Of a DNA stretch of 64,000 bases, positions 26,042 through 39,659 are shown piece by piece (within the stretch, counting starts at the first letter, position 1; the number at the start of each line of letters is the position of its first letter). The notes under the pieces were generated by a model, which did not search any database, had not been told where the DNA came from, and saw only the letters and a list, made by a program, of their open reading frames with translations. The position numbers and the translations under genes were made by a program. The DNA comes from Mobula hypostoma (taxonomy: Eukaryota), in the NCBI RefSeq assembly GCF_963921235.1, contig NC_086109.1, forward strand, positions 28,398,001 to 28,462,000, written 5' to 3'.

Positions 26042-26478
26042 TAAGACCATAAGATATAGGAGCAGAAGTAGGCCATTTGGCCCACTGAGTCTGCTCCGCC
26101 ATTCCATCATGGGCTGATCCATTTCTTCCAGTCATCCCCACTCCCCTGCCTTTGCCTCATACCCTTTGATGCTCTGGCTAATCAAGAACCTATCTATCTC
26201 TGCCTTAAATGCACCCAATACTTGGCCTCCACAGCCGCTCGTGGCAACAAATTCCACAGATATACCACCCTCTGACTAAAGTAATTTCTCTGCATCTCAG
26301 TCCTAAATCGGTGTCCTTCGATCCTGAAGTTGTGCCCTCTTGTCCTAGACTCCCCTACCATGGGAAATAACTTTGTCATATCTAATCTGTTCAGACCTCC
26401 TAACATTCAGAATGTTTCTTTGTGATCCCTCATCATTCTCCTGAACTCCAGGGAATTCAGCCCAAGAGCTGCCAGATG
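26042..26478 (-). mobile_element. CR1 3' end
   Basis: ORF 26194-26406 SRTRGHNFRIEG..FSQRVVYLWNLLP. Confidence 0.85.
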
Positions 26479-27049
26479 TACTGAATGAAGTATTTCAAGT
26501 TTTCTGATGATCATTGATTTGATACAAGCAGATCAAAGTGCAAATAATCATTTAAAGCCGTACAGTTCATACAAATTAACATGACAGTGCAAAGTGCAGC
26601 CACAATACTGGGAAGTGCACAGAAACATACTAAGAGGCCTTAAAACGTTCAAATTCATTTGAACATAATTGAAGGGAGTAGTTGTACAAATCAATAGAGA
26701 TGGCAGCTTATACAATTAGTAAACAAGCACATTTATAGCTGCTATAGAAGTACCATTGTGTATTTAAAAGTTGTTTTCTAATTTTCTTTGATATACAAGT
26801 AAATGAAAATTTGAAAAATTACACACTGGAATTAAGTCAGTTTACAGTTGCAAAGGGTACAACATTCTTACATTTTAATGCATGCACTTTTGAATCTTAA
26901 AACTTGGGATTTCTATATGATATTTCATGAAATGGACAAGGTTTTGTTTAGACAGAGAACAAGAATTTTATCTGCCCCAAAAATACAAATGTTTGTATTT
27001 CCATCGTCCAAAGAAGATGCAAATAAATTGAAATGCTAAAAACTTTTAT

Positions 27050-27960
27050 AAGACCATATGACATAGGGAGCAGAGTTAGGCAACTGAGATCTTCTGAGTC
27101 TACTCCACCATTTGAAGATGGTAGATTCATTTCCCCCTCAACCAGTTTCAAAGAGCATTTGTTATCAAAGTATGGATGCAATATACAACCTTAAAATTCA
27201 TCTTCCCCACAGACAGCCACGAGAACAAAGAAAACGGAACCTGTCCAAAGAAAAACATCCAACCCCCCCTCCCCCCCACACAAAAAAACCGTCAAAAATT
27301 ACAAAAATAATCACAAGCCAAAAACACAATGTAAAACACAAAATCAAAAGAGAGTCCAGGTATAGTCAGTTCAGCTCAGTATTTGTTATCTACAGGCTGC
27401 CCCAGTTCTCCTGCCTTCTCCCCATCACCTTTCATGTCCTGATTTACCAATAATCAACCTTCACTTTAAATACGCCCAATGACTCGGCCTCCACAATTGC
27501 CTGTGGCAACAAGTTTCAGATTCACCACCATCTGGTGGAAGAAAGTCCTACTCATCTCTGTTCTAAATGGATGTCCCTCTGTTCTGAGGTTTGTGTCCTC
27601 TGGTCCTCAATTCCCCGTAGGAAACATCCTCTCCAGATCCACTCTATTGAGGCCTTTCAACATTTAAAATTTTTCTATGAGATACTCCCTTCATTCTTCT
27701 AAATTCCAGTGAGTACAGGCCCAAAGCCATTAAATGTTCCTCATAAGTTAATTCTTTCATTCCTGGAATCACTTTCATAAACATTCTTTGAAGCCTCTCC
27801 AATGTCAACAAATCCTTTCTTAGATAAGGGGCCCAAAACTGCTCACAATACTCCAAGTGAGGCCTCACCAGCGACTTAAATTACATCCTTTTTTTTTATA
27901 TTCTGGTCCTCTGGAAATGAATGTTAACACTCAATTTTCCTTTCAATCTGCAAGTCAACC
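27050..27960 (-). mobile_element. CR1 3' fragment interrupted by a short A-rich insert (~27143-27400)
   Basis: ORF 27644-27868 RPHLEYCEQFWAPYLRKD. Confidence 0.8.
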
Positions 27961-28739
27961 AGAGGTAAATATGAGGGCACTTATACTTCTCTGGTAATAG
28001 TTAATTACTTTAATTACCATTCACTGATTTGTCTTCGTAGGTCACTAAATTACTTGAAGTTGCTGCACTGAGAATGATCCGATGTACAAATAAACTTTAA
28101 TTATGTAACAGTCCTAAGTTCAGGTTGGTAACAACTTCCTACAACAAAATCCATTTTACATTTATCAACATTGAGTTATTAAATTAAAATTCACTGGCAT
28201 CTCTAGATGACTAGATTTATACTTTATTTACACAAATTTGCTTAGTATTATTCATGAATGATGTTAAATAAGGAACCCTTGAAGCACCTGTAGAACTGCT
28301 TGTTTATTTTCCCAGAGAGATATTTTTTACTGTATTACTCTGCTTGTCTTTGTAAAGATGATTTTCCTGCTTCCTATCTAATTTAACTCCTTTAAGTAGT
28401 TAAACTCCTTCCTTAAAACCCCTTTAAGGAAGTTCATCTGTTTCCTTTTTTTTTATCAAGAATGTAAACATTACTTCAAGGTCATATTTATTTCTATTTT
28501 TCTCTTAGGGAAATTGGTAATGATCTAACCTCCGCAAACAACAGTCCTTATGTTTAATCTTGTCGGACTGGAACAAGTTGGTAAAGGCTGGCATTTCCAC
28601 ACTGAACCAATCACAATACTTAGCACAAGTGGCACTTAATTCTAAAAGTGGTAGTGTCAAAGTTACTGGCCACTTCTGGCTGTGATCAGCTAAATGCAAC
28701 TCTGATTCCTTGTGGATGTCAGAGCATAGTAGGACCCTG

Positions 28740-28898
28740 GCAACACTCACAACACGCTGGAGGAACTCAGCAGGTTGGGCAGCATCAGTGGAAACATCGA
28801 CTCCATCGTTTCCACTGATGCTGCCTGACCTGCTGAGTTCCTCCGGCGTGTTGTGAGTGTTGCTTTGATCCCAGCATCTGCAGATTATTTTGTGTTTA
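28740..28898. mobile_element. Fold-back PLE-derived element with the centre (hammerhead) deleted
   Basis: Near-perfect arms ACACTCACAACACG..GGAAAC / GTTTCC..CGTGTTGTGAGTGT; TSD CATAGTAGGA(C/T)CCTG at 28725-28739 and 28899-28913. Confidence 0.85.
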
Positions 28899-30762
28899 CA
28901 TAGTAGGATCCTGCTCCAACTCCATGGTGGTTATGCTGAGGAATCTGCCTACTGAGCATTGCAAGAATAGCAAGGTTGTTCACTTCAACAGAGAGGGAGC
29001 TGCAAAAGGCAGAAGTAAATATGAGGGCATTTATACTTTTCTGGTAATAGTTAATTTTTTTTCAATTATTTTCAAATAATTAAAAATACTTAATATGGTT
29101 TTATTTGTCCTTTCACTAACTTTAAATATGTTTGAATGTTTTAATATGTTACTGTATATTAGAAAAATTCAGAATTATAAACAGGATTAACAACTGGCTA
29201 AACCTAGAGGTGTGCCTTTGTCTGCTACCAAGATTTTACAAATGTACTGTTGTACATGACAAGATTATGACCTAAAAGATTCCACTAATGTGCAGAACTT
29301 TACAATTTAGGAAGAGGATTCCTTCATTAGAATGCCAAAGCCTACAACAGGGAATAGGAAAATTTATACTTAATATTCCAGAATCAGCCAGATTGTGTTG
29401 GTTTCTGCTGGAAAAGAGGTCTGGTTCATTATGTTTTGTATTACCCACAGTGCATTGGATCTGGAGCTATCATGGGCATTGGCCTCCCCAGCATTCAAAG
29501 AGATGGCATTCATCCTTAAGGACCCCCAGCACCCAGAACATGCCTTTTTCTCATTGCTACCATCAAGAGGGAGGTACAGGAGCCTGAAGGCACACACTCA
29601 ATGCTTCAGGAACAGCTTCTTCCCCTCAGATTTCAGAATGGACAATGCCTCATGAACACTACATTAGTGCTTTTCTCTCTTTTTGCATTACTTATTTAAT
29701 TTATTTTTTAATATTTATACTTATTGTAATTTATAGTATTTTATTGTTATATTTTGCAATGTACTGCTGCCACAAAACATCAGCTTTCATGATTTATGCT
29801 AGTGATATTAAATCTGATTCTGATTAATTTGGTACTAATGCAAGCATTTATTTTAATGCAGAGTCAGACTCAGACAAACTCTGATCCATCACCATCTAAT
29901 CCATTTAATAGCTTTACATGTTTGATTTATTTAATTAGTTGAATTTAAATTCCACCACTGGTGTGTAGGGATTTGGACTCAAGTTCGCTAAATCCTTGGT
30001 TGGATCTCTGGATGCCTAATCCTACAAATGGTGGCCAATAAGTACCATTATCAGTATTGTCGATGATCAGCTTGTTAAATATCTATTCTATGGCAGTCAC
30101 GAGCTCTTTGATGCTTTCACAGCAAGATAATATACACTGGATCAACACACACTACAGTAAATTTCATTGCAGCTTTAAATAATTCCAGGAGAACAAAGAG
30201 GCATGGCAGATTTTCCTAAATTCTTTATAGTCTTTTTCGCTCTTCAGAACAGAGACTGTAAATGTCTTCAAGTATTTTCATCATAAGAGATGTCAGGTTA
30301 ACAGGAGATCCACATTCCTGTCCATTTCCTTGACCTTCTTTGATCATCGGCTCCACATTTTACTTCAGGATACTTCTAAACTTCAAAATTTAAACAAAAA
30401 ATTGTTATCAAAATTGTTCTGCCATTTGATTCAGATTCAGACTCGTTAATTGTCATGAACACTGGGGTGCAATGAAATTCTCTGCTCACATGAGGCTTAT
30501 AGAGTGAGCAGTGTACATCATAATAATAAAGACAGTGATGAATGCAAAGCAGCTGAATGGTGCAAAGATTGCAATCTGAATCAGTGACAAGTGACAATAA
30601 TGGAATAACTGGGAGAGGGAGAATGAAGAAACTGAAAATGTGGCAGTAAAGAGAGGAAGGAGGTGTGATAGAGGTGATTGGTTCAGAAAGCAAATGGAAG
30701 TGTTGCAGAGTTATAGAGAAATATGGCATGAATGCAGGTCTGTGGTAAACCATACATATATA

Positions 30763-30973
30763 TGTTGTAACTGGGTTGCCTGTCTGGACACGCCCCTCTG
30801 CTGACTGCTCCTGTGGCTCCTCCCACAGACTCCTGAATAAAGGTGATTGTGTCATTGCTCCTCCCTCAGTCCAGGACAGATACTCAGCATGGACATTGGT
30901 CCATTTTCTGTTAATAAAAGCCTTTCAGTATTTACTCTACTTCCAGTCTTTTGGAGTAATTGATAGTGCACCA
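30763..30973 (+). mobile_element. Short solo-LTR-like element
   Basis: TGTTGTAA...CA ends with internal AATAAA; no clear TSD. Confidence 0.5.
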
Positions 30974-31489
30974 AGGTCCGTTGGCCCAATGAGTCTATAC
31001 TAAACATGGTGCCCATCCAGCTAAACCCAATTTTCTGCATTTAGCCTATATCCCCCTAAACCCCATCCCTCCATTTTCTTTTCCAAGTCCTTCTTAAATG
31101 ATCCCAAACCACTTCATCCGGCAGCTCGTTCCGTGTACTCAGTGTCATTTGGGTGAACAAGTTGTCCCTCAGATCCCTTTTAAGTCTTTCCACCCTACCC
31201 TAAATTTATAGCCTATGGTTTTGACCTACCCTACTCTGGGGAGAAAACTGTTAAGATCAACCTTATCTTTGCCCTTCATAATATTAAACATTTATATAAG
31301 ATCATTCCCCATTCTCCTACATTCCAAGGAATACAGGCAGAGTGTGGTCAGTCACTCTGGATAACTCTGGCCCTTTGGTTCTGCAAAATCCTCATAATTC
31401 TTTTTCTGCATTCCAATTTAATCACATCTCTCCTATAAGAGGGTGGCCAAAACTGTACAGAGAACTACAAGTGCAGCCTCATTAGTGAC

Positions 31490-31800
31490 TTTTATTTATT
31501 TAGAGATACAGTGCGGAATAGGTCCTTCCAGGTCAAGTCATCTGCACCACCCAGCAATCCAACTATTTAAAGGTAGCCTAATCACAGGACAGTTTACAAT
31601 GCCCAATTAACCTAACTGGTACACCTTTGAACTGAGGGAGGATACCAGAGCTCCCAGAGGAAGCCCATGGGCGCACGGGAAGGAAGTTCAAGCTTTCTTA
31701 CAGAGGACATCAAAACTGATAATAAATAAATGTTCTTTGAATCTTTGAATTGAACTCCAAACTCAAACTGTAATAGCACCATGGTAACCATGGTGCCCCC
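31490..31800 (-). mobile_element. V-SINE-like element nested in an old minus-strand CR1 (~30975-32530)
   Basis: Reverse V-domain caattaaccta..ggaggataccagagctcccagaggaagccca; CR1-type tail; the CR1 resumes at tgtacaactgcaaca. Confidence 0.65.
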
Positions 31801-32875
31801 TGTACAACTGCAACATGGCGTTCCACAGTGCCCTGAATGAGGAAGCCCAGTTTCCTAAGTGCCTTTTTTCACCAGCCTATGAACTATGCACTTGTATTCT
31901 TATACTCTTAGGCTTGTACATTCACTCCCTAGAGCCTTACTGTTCATCGTATAAGTGCTACGCTGCTAGACTTCCCAAAATGCATCAACTCACATTTACC
32001 TCTATGGAAATCCATTTGCACCCACCTGTCATTTCTCTAACTGATCAAGATCATCTTGTCACCTGTGATAACCTTCTTCACAGATCATAATTTGGTGCCA
32101 TCTGCAAACTTATTGATCAAGTTTTTGTGTATTTACATCAAGTATATGGATATTTAATAAAAAGAGTCACAACACTGACTTCTGTGTCACATCAATAGTC
32201 ACCAACATCCATTCCAAAAAAAACAACTTTTAATCACCATCCTCTGCTTCCTACCTTGGAACCAACTTTGAATCCACCTTCCAGCCAATGGGAATTAACT
32301 TTCCAGACCAGTCTATGATGTGGGACCTTGTCAAAAGCATGATGAAAATCCAAATAAATAACATCCACTGCCCTAACCTCATCTATCCTTTTAGTTACTT
32401 CTTCAAAAAAACTCTAAAATGTTAGTTAAGCATGGCTCCCATTTTCAAAGCATTGCTGAATCCTTCTAATCAGACCCTGTCTATTGCAGTGTTGGTAGGT
32501 CCTGTCCCTCAGAATTCCCTCCAGAAACTTCCCCGCAATTGAAACCGGAGGGGAACAAATAGTCTCTTCTGAATGTCTGGGCTTTCAGGCTTTGTGTCTT
32601 TCCTCAGAAGGTAGATGGACAGGGTGGCAGGCATCCTTGATGATATTATTAGCCTTCTGGAAACATAATACCATGAAGCCGACCAGATGTTCAATGTATA
32701 TTGCCTTCTGTATTTTAGTTTTTTAACTTAACCTTAATTAAAGCAATTACCATCTTCCAACACATTGGTTTAATTCTTGGATCTATGTTGTGGCCTTCCC
32801 CAGTGTCTTCTAATTTCATTCAACACTTTTATTTTCTCATACCCAAGTTCAAGTTTCAAGACTTTCCACAGAATG

Positions 32876-33310
32876 GACTTACTTTATACTTTATTGTCGC
32901 CAAACAATTGATCCTAGAGCGTACAATCATCACAGCGATATTTGATTCTGCTCCTCATGCTCCCTCGAGTACAAATCGATAATAAATATTAAAAATTTAA
33001 ATTATAAATCATAAATAGAAAAGGGAAAGTAAGGTCATGCAAAAAAACCGAGAGGCAGGTCCGGATATTTGGAGGGTATGGCCCAGATCCGGGTCAGGAT
33101 CCATTCAGCAGTCTTATCACAGTTGGAAAGAAGCTGTTCCCAAATCTGACCATACAACTCTTCAAGCTCCTGAGCCTTCTCCTGGGGGGGAAGAGGGATG
33201 AAAAGTGTGTTGGCTGGATGGGTCTTGTCCTTGATTATCCTGGCAGCACTGCTCCGACAGCATGCGGTGTAAAGTGAGTCCAAGGATGGAAGATTGGTTT
33301 GTGTGATGTA
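32876..33310 (-). mobile_element. Rex1-type 3' end; second copy at 39378-39657
   Basis: Both copies share ttattgtcgccaaacaattgat..cagatccgggtcaggatcc; ORF 33035-33283 AARIIKDKTHPANTLFIPLP. Confidence 0.75.
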
Positions 33311-33336
33311 AATTACATTTATAGTAAATTAGTTTA

Positions 33337-33542
33337 TAAACACAAAAAAAAATTCTGTAGATGCTGGAAATCCAGAGCAACACACATAAAATGCTGAAGG
33401 AACTCATCAGGCCAGGCAACAGCTATAGAGAGAAATAAACAGGTGATGTCTCAGGATGATGAGACTAGTCTTGAAACATCAACCACTTATTCCTCTTCAT
33501 AGATGCTACCTGATCTGCTGAGTTCCAGCCAGCATTTTGTGC
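33337..33542. mobile_element. Fold-back PLE-derived element, older
   Basis: Inverted arms aaatgctg..gaactca / tgagttcc..cagcattt; flanks TAAATTA(G/T)TTTA at 33325-33336 and 33543-33554. Confidence 0.75.
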
Positions 33543-33611
33543 TAAATTATTTTAATTGTTTCCTATTTAAAACCTAATGTTTTGATACAAATTAAGAATA
33601 TTAAGTATTGA

Positions 33612-34580
33612 TGGATGAGGGAATTAAATGCAGCATCTCCAAGTTTGTGGATGACACGAAGCTGGGTGGCAGTGTTAGCTGTGAGGAGGATGCTAAGAGG
33701 ATGCAGGGTGACTTGGATAGGTTGGGTGAGTGGGCAAATTCATGGCAGATGCAATTTAATGTGGATAAATGTGAAGTTATCCACTTTGGTGGCAAAAATA
33801 GGAAAACAGATTATTATCTGAATGGTGGCCGATTAGGAAAAGGGGAGGTGCAATGAGACCTGGGTGTCATTATACACCAGTCATTGAAAGTGGGCATGCA
33901 GGTACAGCAGGCGGTGAAAAAGGCGAATGGTATACTGGCATTTATAGCGAGAGGATTCGAGTACAGGAGCAGGGAGGTACTACTGCAGTTTTACAAGGCC
34001 TTGGTGAGACCACACCTGGAGTATTGTGTGCAGTTTTGGTCCCCTAATCTGAGGAAAGACATCTTTGCCATAGAGGGAGTACAAAGAAGGTTCATCAGAT
34101 TGATTCCTGGGATGGCAGGACTTTCATATGAAGAAAGACTGGATGAACTGGGCTTGTACTCGTTGGAATTTAGAAGATTGAGGGGGGATCTGATTGAAAC
34201 GTATAAGATCCTAAAGGGATTGGACAGGCTAGATGCAGGAAGATTGTTCCCGATGTTGGGGAAGTCCAGAACGAGGGGCCACAGTTTGAGGATAGAGGGG
34301 AAGCCTTTTAGGACCGAGATTAGGAAAAACTTCTTCACACAGAGAGTGGTGAATCTGTGGAGTTCTCTGCCACAGGAAACAGTTGAGGCCAGTTCATTGG
34401 CTATATTTAAGAGGGAGTTAGATATGGCCCTTGTGGCTACGGGGGTCAGGGGGTATGGAGGGAAGGCTGGGGCGGGGTTCTGAGTTGGATGATCAGCCAT
34501 GATCATAATAAATGGCGGTGCAGGCTCGAAGGGCCGAATGGCCTACTCCTGCACCTATTTTCTATGTTTCTATGTTTCTA
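33612..34580 (+). mobile_element. Young CR1 3' fragment
   Basis: Same family as 51233-55156; FADD>FVDD (GCG>GTG, 33647-33649) and CGA>TGA (33854-33856); TTTCTATG tail ends at 34580. Confidence 0.95.
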
Positions 34581-34875
34581 TATACATCTAGTTAAAAATG
34601 AGGTCTTGTTTTGATATGTTAGCACCCTAGATTGTAAATAGATAATTTATTTGCCCTTCTTGGCAATCAAAATATAAGCAACCTACATCGGATAGTCCTT
34701 GAAACTTGTTTCCTGCTGGTTTGGAGTAAATGCTATAACAGGGAAATATTTAAACACTGTGATAGCTGTTAAAGAGAAACTAATTAAAGCTTTTACAAGA
34801 TAAAATAAAGATAGACATACTGGACGTTTGTTAGAGCCATTTTATTTAAATTAGTAAGATATTAAATGAGGTAGT

Positions 34876-36942
34876 CCAACCACAAACAAGTGAAAATCTG
34901 CAGATGCTGGAAATCCAAGCAACACACACAAAATACTGCAGGAACTCAGCAGGCCAGGCAGCATCTATGGAAAAGAGTACAGCTGACATTTTGAGCTGAG
35001 ACCTTTTATCAGGACTGGTGGGAAAAAAAGATGAGGAGTCAGAGTAAGAAGGTGGGGCGAGAGGAGGAAGAAACACAAGGTGATAGGTAAAACTGGGAGG
35101 AGGAGGGGGGAGTGGTGAAATAAAGAGCTGGGAAGTTGATTGTGAAAGAGATGCAGGGCTGGAGAAGGAAGAATCCGATAGGAGCGGACAGAAGGCCATG
35201 GAAGAAAGAAAAGGGGGAGGAGCACAAGAGAGAGGTGACGGGTAGACAAGGAGATAAGGTGAGAGAAGGAAATGGGAATTGGGAATGGGGAATGGGGAAG
35301 GAGGGTGGGGCATTACCGAAAGTTTGAGAAATCGATGCTCATGCCATCATGTTGGAGACTACCCAGACAGAATATAAGGCGTTGCTCCTACAACCTGAGT
35401 GTGGCCTCATTGTGACAGTAGAGGAGGCTATGGACTGACATGTTGGAATGGGAATGGGAAGTGGAATTAAGGTGGTGGCCACTGGGAGATCCCACTTTTT
35501 CTGGTGAATGGAGCGTAGGTGCTCAGCGAAGCTGTCTCCCAATCTACGACAGGTCTCACTGATATATAGCAGGCCACACCGGGTGCACTGGATACAGTAT
35601 ATGACCCCAAGAGACTCCCAGGTGAATGTCGCTTCACCTGGAAGGATTGCTTGGGGCCTTAAATGGTAGTGAGGGAGGAGGTGTAGGGGCAGGTGTAACA
35701 GTTATTCCATTTGCAAGTGTAATGCCTTGATTCATATTCTGTTTGCTGTTATTCTGTGTGTATTTCATTTGGTGCTGTTCTGTGCGAGTTACTTGTTTTT
35801 ATGTTTGGGTTATTGTTGAAGATAAGGGATGAGGAGACATGTCTGCCATCCATTTAGGATTGTCGAATGGAAGGAGAGGTTTCTCTGGTGAAGGATACTA
35901 GGGTTGGGCTTGCGTTTTTTTTTGTGTGGTTCGAGGGAGATGAAGAGAGAAGATGCCAGAGAGAAGACGTCGTAGGATTCAACCTGGAGTAGGACTGTGG
36001 TTCGACAAAGCCCAGGGTGAGATCGACTGAGGAGTGGTGAAATGAGGAAACGGTGAGCTCCAACTTGTGCACATTAGACTGTTTCATTAAACTGGGCTCT
36101 TTCCTTTTTTTGTTCTTTTCTTTACTCACCCTTCAGTCAAATTAAAAATTATAAAGCTAAATCTTTTAATTGTATGTGGTGTCTGTTATTTCATGGCACT
36201 CATTTGTAACAGGGTAACAAATTACTCAGCATCCATACAAACAGAGGGTTTGGGGTGGGCTCGGGCCTCAATCTCACACGTTTGGCGGGGCCAGAGATTG
36301 TCTTCCCTAGACACATGCAGTCGAGGAAACCAGAGCATTTCACAAGGATAAATGCCAGGAAGGGAGTTCAGTAGGGGAGGGAGGAATGGACAAGGGAGTT
36401 GCATAAAGAGCGATCCCTATGGAAAGCAGAAAATGGGGGTGAGGGAAAGATGTGTTTGACCATGGGATCCCATTGGAGATGGCAGAATTTATGGAGAATT
36501 ATGTGCTGGACGAAGAGGCTGGTTGGATGGTAGATGAGGACAAGAGGAACCCTATCCCTGCTGGGGTGGTGGGAGGATGGGGTGAAGGCCGACGTGCGCA
36601 AAATGGAAATGATGTGGTTGAGGGCAGCATTGATGGTGGAGGAAGGGAATCCTCTTTCTTTGAAGAAGGAAGACATTGCATTAGTTCTGGAATGAAAAGC
36701 CTCAACCTGTATCTCTTTCACCAATCAACTTCCTAGACTTTTACTTCATCTCTCTCTCCCTCTTGGTTTCACCGATCACCTCGTGTTTCTTCTTCCCTTC
36801 CCCCCAGCTTTTTACCCTGACTCCTCATCTTTTTTTCTCTCCAGTCCTGATGAAGGGTCTCGGCTGGAAACGTCGATGGTACTGTATTCCATAGATGCTG
36901 TCTGGCCTGCTGAGTTCCTCCAGCATTTTGTGTGTGTGTTAC
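34876..36942 (-). mobile_element. Penelope-like element with inverted partial terminal repeat (36700-36942), interrupted by a solo LTR
   Basis: RT thumb/linker MSSFFKERGFP..RDRVPLVLIYHP..FPSPPFSAFHRDRSL and endonuclease tail GDSFAEHLRSI..DLPVA; TSD ATGAGGTAGT at 34866-34875 and 36943-36952. Confidence 0.9.
35718..36342. mobile_element. Solo LTR (~625 bp) inside the Penelope element
   Basis: TGTAATGC...GCATTTCA termini (7/8 inverted match); 4-bp TSD CAAG at 35714-35717 and 36343-36346; the PLE sequence rejoins across it. Confidence 0.88.
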
Positions 36943-38504
36943 ATGAGGTAGTTTGTGGTGTTCTTTATTCTGCAATATTTCACAATGCCAAATTACATGG
37001 AGGATATTGTCTAAAAATCCTGGGTATTTTATATATTCATCATAAAACTGCTTAATTATTTGTAATCAGCTTTAACACATGCCTTTGTATATTTAGGAGA
37101 AGTTTGGATTAAAATGAAATTTGAATTTTTCAGGATCGAGAGAATGCTTTCATTAATTCCCATTTAAACATTATCTGGGTAGATGGAGAGCTGTGTGGGT
37201 AATTTACCATATAAGCAAACCATTCAAGTGACTGACTGGAGTGACCGATGCCAGTGAACCTGAAAAGGTATTGGTCATATATCCAAATTTATAGTAGCAT
37301 GTGTTAATGATGTCTCCATCTGTGATGGATTCCTTTGTCAGAATAACTGACTGGATCTGGAAATTGACCTCAGTCTTCATTTGTGAAGCATGCAGTGAAG
37401 TAAGATGCAATAAATTCCCTTCACTTGATTCTGTGTTGGTCTTCAATTGAACTTGGTTCTTTAATAGACATTTGGACTTCAAAATTAAACTGTATTCCGA
37501 AGGACTGAAACAAAACTTCTGTATCACCTCTTTTATTATAAGCTGCCCTTTGTAGTTTATATTCCTTTTTAATTTTTTTCTGTATTAGTTTAGGGAAAGA
37601 TGATTTTTCACTGCAACTTCAACATTATTAGAAAATAAATTTTCTTAAATTCTAATAGCACACAAATCCAGAGTCATGTATCAACTCAGTGAAGCTACAG
37701 TTTCACCCCTGAACACTGATTAGGATTATACACCAGAAATATAGAACAGGCTTTGACTTCATGCAAAGCAAAACTACAGTAAAAACTCCATTATTCTAAC
37801 ATACTTGGGAATTTGGCAGTGCTAGACCAGCAGATTTTCCAAATTATCAGATATTATTCTATTTATACTCGAATGCATACTTAATTTGCATTTTTTTAGA
37901 AAGATGTTACACAGTAGATTAATAAATCTTTCTGTGATCCTGGTAACTGCATATACATGGAGGATGAGTATAAGAAATAAGAGTGCAAGAACCAAGTGCT
38001 CATTGTGTGAATTAACGTCTGGGCACTGGGGCTCTGTTGAGTGGATGGAAAATACCACCACACAATGCCCTCTCTCCTTCTTCCCCACTTACACCAAAAT
38101 TACACCTTTAATTAAGGTTTTTCTTAGTTTAGGAGAAAAGGAGCAGTCCGTTCCTTAGAGTGCAGGGGAGTTCTCACAATTACACAAAAACAAAAACACA
38201 GGAATTTACATCCTTCTTCACAATCACAAATGTCCACAAATACATTCATTGTAATAAGATCGCAATGACTTTTGCAACCAAAATCAATCAATAACTCACC
38301 ACTTTTCAGAAACCAGCATCCTCCCCATCCCCCAAAATGAACTCTTCTTCTGAGCCAGCACAGAGCATGTGGCACTACAAACAGGCACCTTTTTTAAAGA
38401 CGCCCACACATCAGTCAGGTCCCATTAACAAGGCATTGTCATCCACAGAACCACAACGCAGTGTATTTTTTAAATTTTTTGCACTATTCCCTGTAAACTC
38501 TAGA

Positions 38505-38754
38505 GTTTGTCTGTCATGCATGAAAATCCTAAGCAATCAGATACTTAAACCACCCCATCTGGCACCAACAATCATTTCACGGTCAAGATCACGTAGATCA
38601 CATTTCTGATGTTTGTCCTGAACAAGAACTGAACCTCTTGACCATATCTGCATGCTTTTATGCAATGAATTGCTACCATGAGATTGGCTGATTATATATT
38701 TGCATTAGTGAGCAGGTGTACAAGTGTACTGAAATAAAGTGACCATTGACTGTA
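38505..38754. mobile_element. Tc1/mariner-type one-ended remnant
   Basis: Ends in caggtgtacaagtgtactgaaataaagtgaccattgactgTA, resembling fish Tc1 termini as I recall them. Confidence 0.55.
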
Positions 38755-39659
38755 GTCAAGATGATTGAAGTTTTATATCATCGCATCGAAATTATTGGAC
38801 AGACATGTAATATGTTTAAAAGGAAATGGAATTAAGTGCTGGTAAATGGGATTAATATAGCCAGGGCAGAATGGTCAGGAGAGGCAAAAATGTCCAGAGC
38901 ATCTATTTTTGTTCTCAAAGTCAGAGTCAAAGTCAAAATTGAATTTGTTGTCATAGGCATAAGAATATGTCTGCACAGGTGCAACTGAAACTTATTTGCA
39001 GCACCATCACAGGCATCACATAAGTAACATTCACAAGAATAACATAAATTAAATCTATGTTATACACAATTTTTACAGGGAAGCATCCAATTACAACAAA
39101 GAACAACAATGTTCATTTTAGTGCAAAGTGATCAGAGGAGTCATAACGTTAAACTAATGTTCAGGGTTTTCCTGGTTGGTTCAAGAACCAAATATTTGAA
39201 GGGAAATGGTTGTTCTTGAACCTATAGGAAACTATCTGTATAAAAATCTGAGTAATTTAATGGCTTGGAAGAATGTAGCAAATGTTGCCAGTTCTAACAT
39301 AAAAAAATGTTATTTTTGTTATCACTGGATAAAAAGATATTAAGCATATCAATAGGGCTATAGACCAACAAGTCCTTTACTTTACTTCACTTTATACTTT
39401 ATTGTCGCCAAACAATTGATACTAGAATGCACAATCATCACAGCGATATTTGATTCTGTGCTTCCCGCTCCCTGGATTACAAATATTAAATATTAAAAAT
39501 ATTTAAAATAGTAAAAATTAGTAAATATTGAAAATTTAAATTATAAATCATAAATAGAAAATAGAAAAATGCAAAGTAAGGTAGTGCAAAAAAAACCGAG
39601 AGGCAGGTCTGGATATTTGGAGGGTACGGCCCAGATCCGGGTCAGGATCCGTTCAGCAG

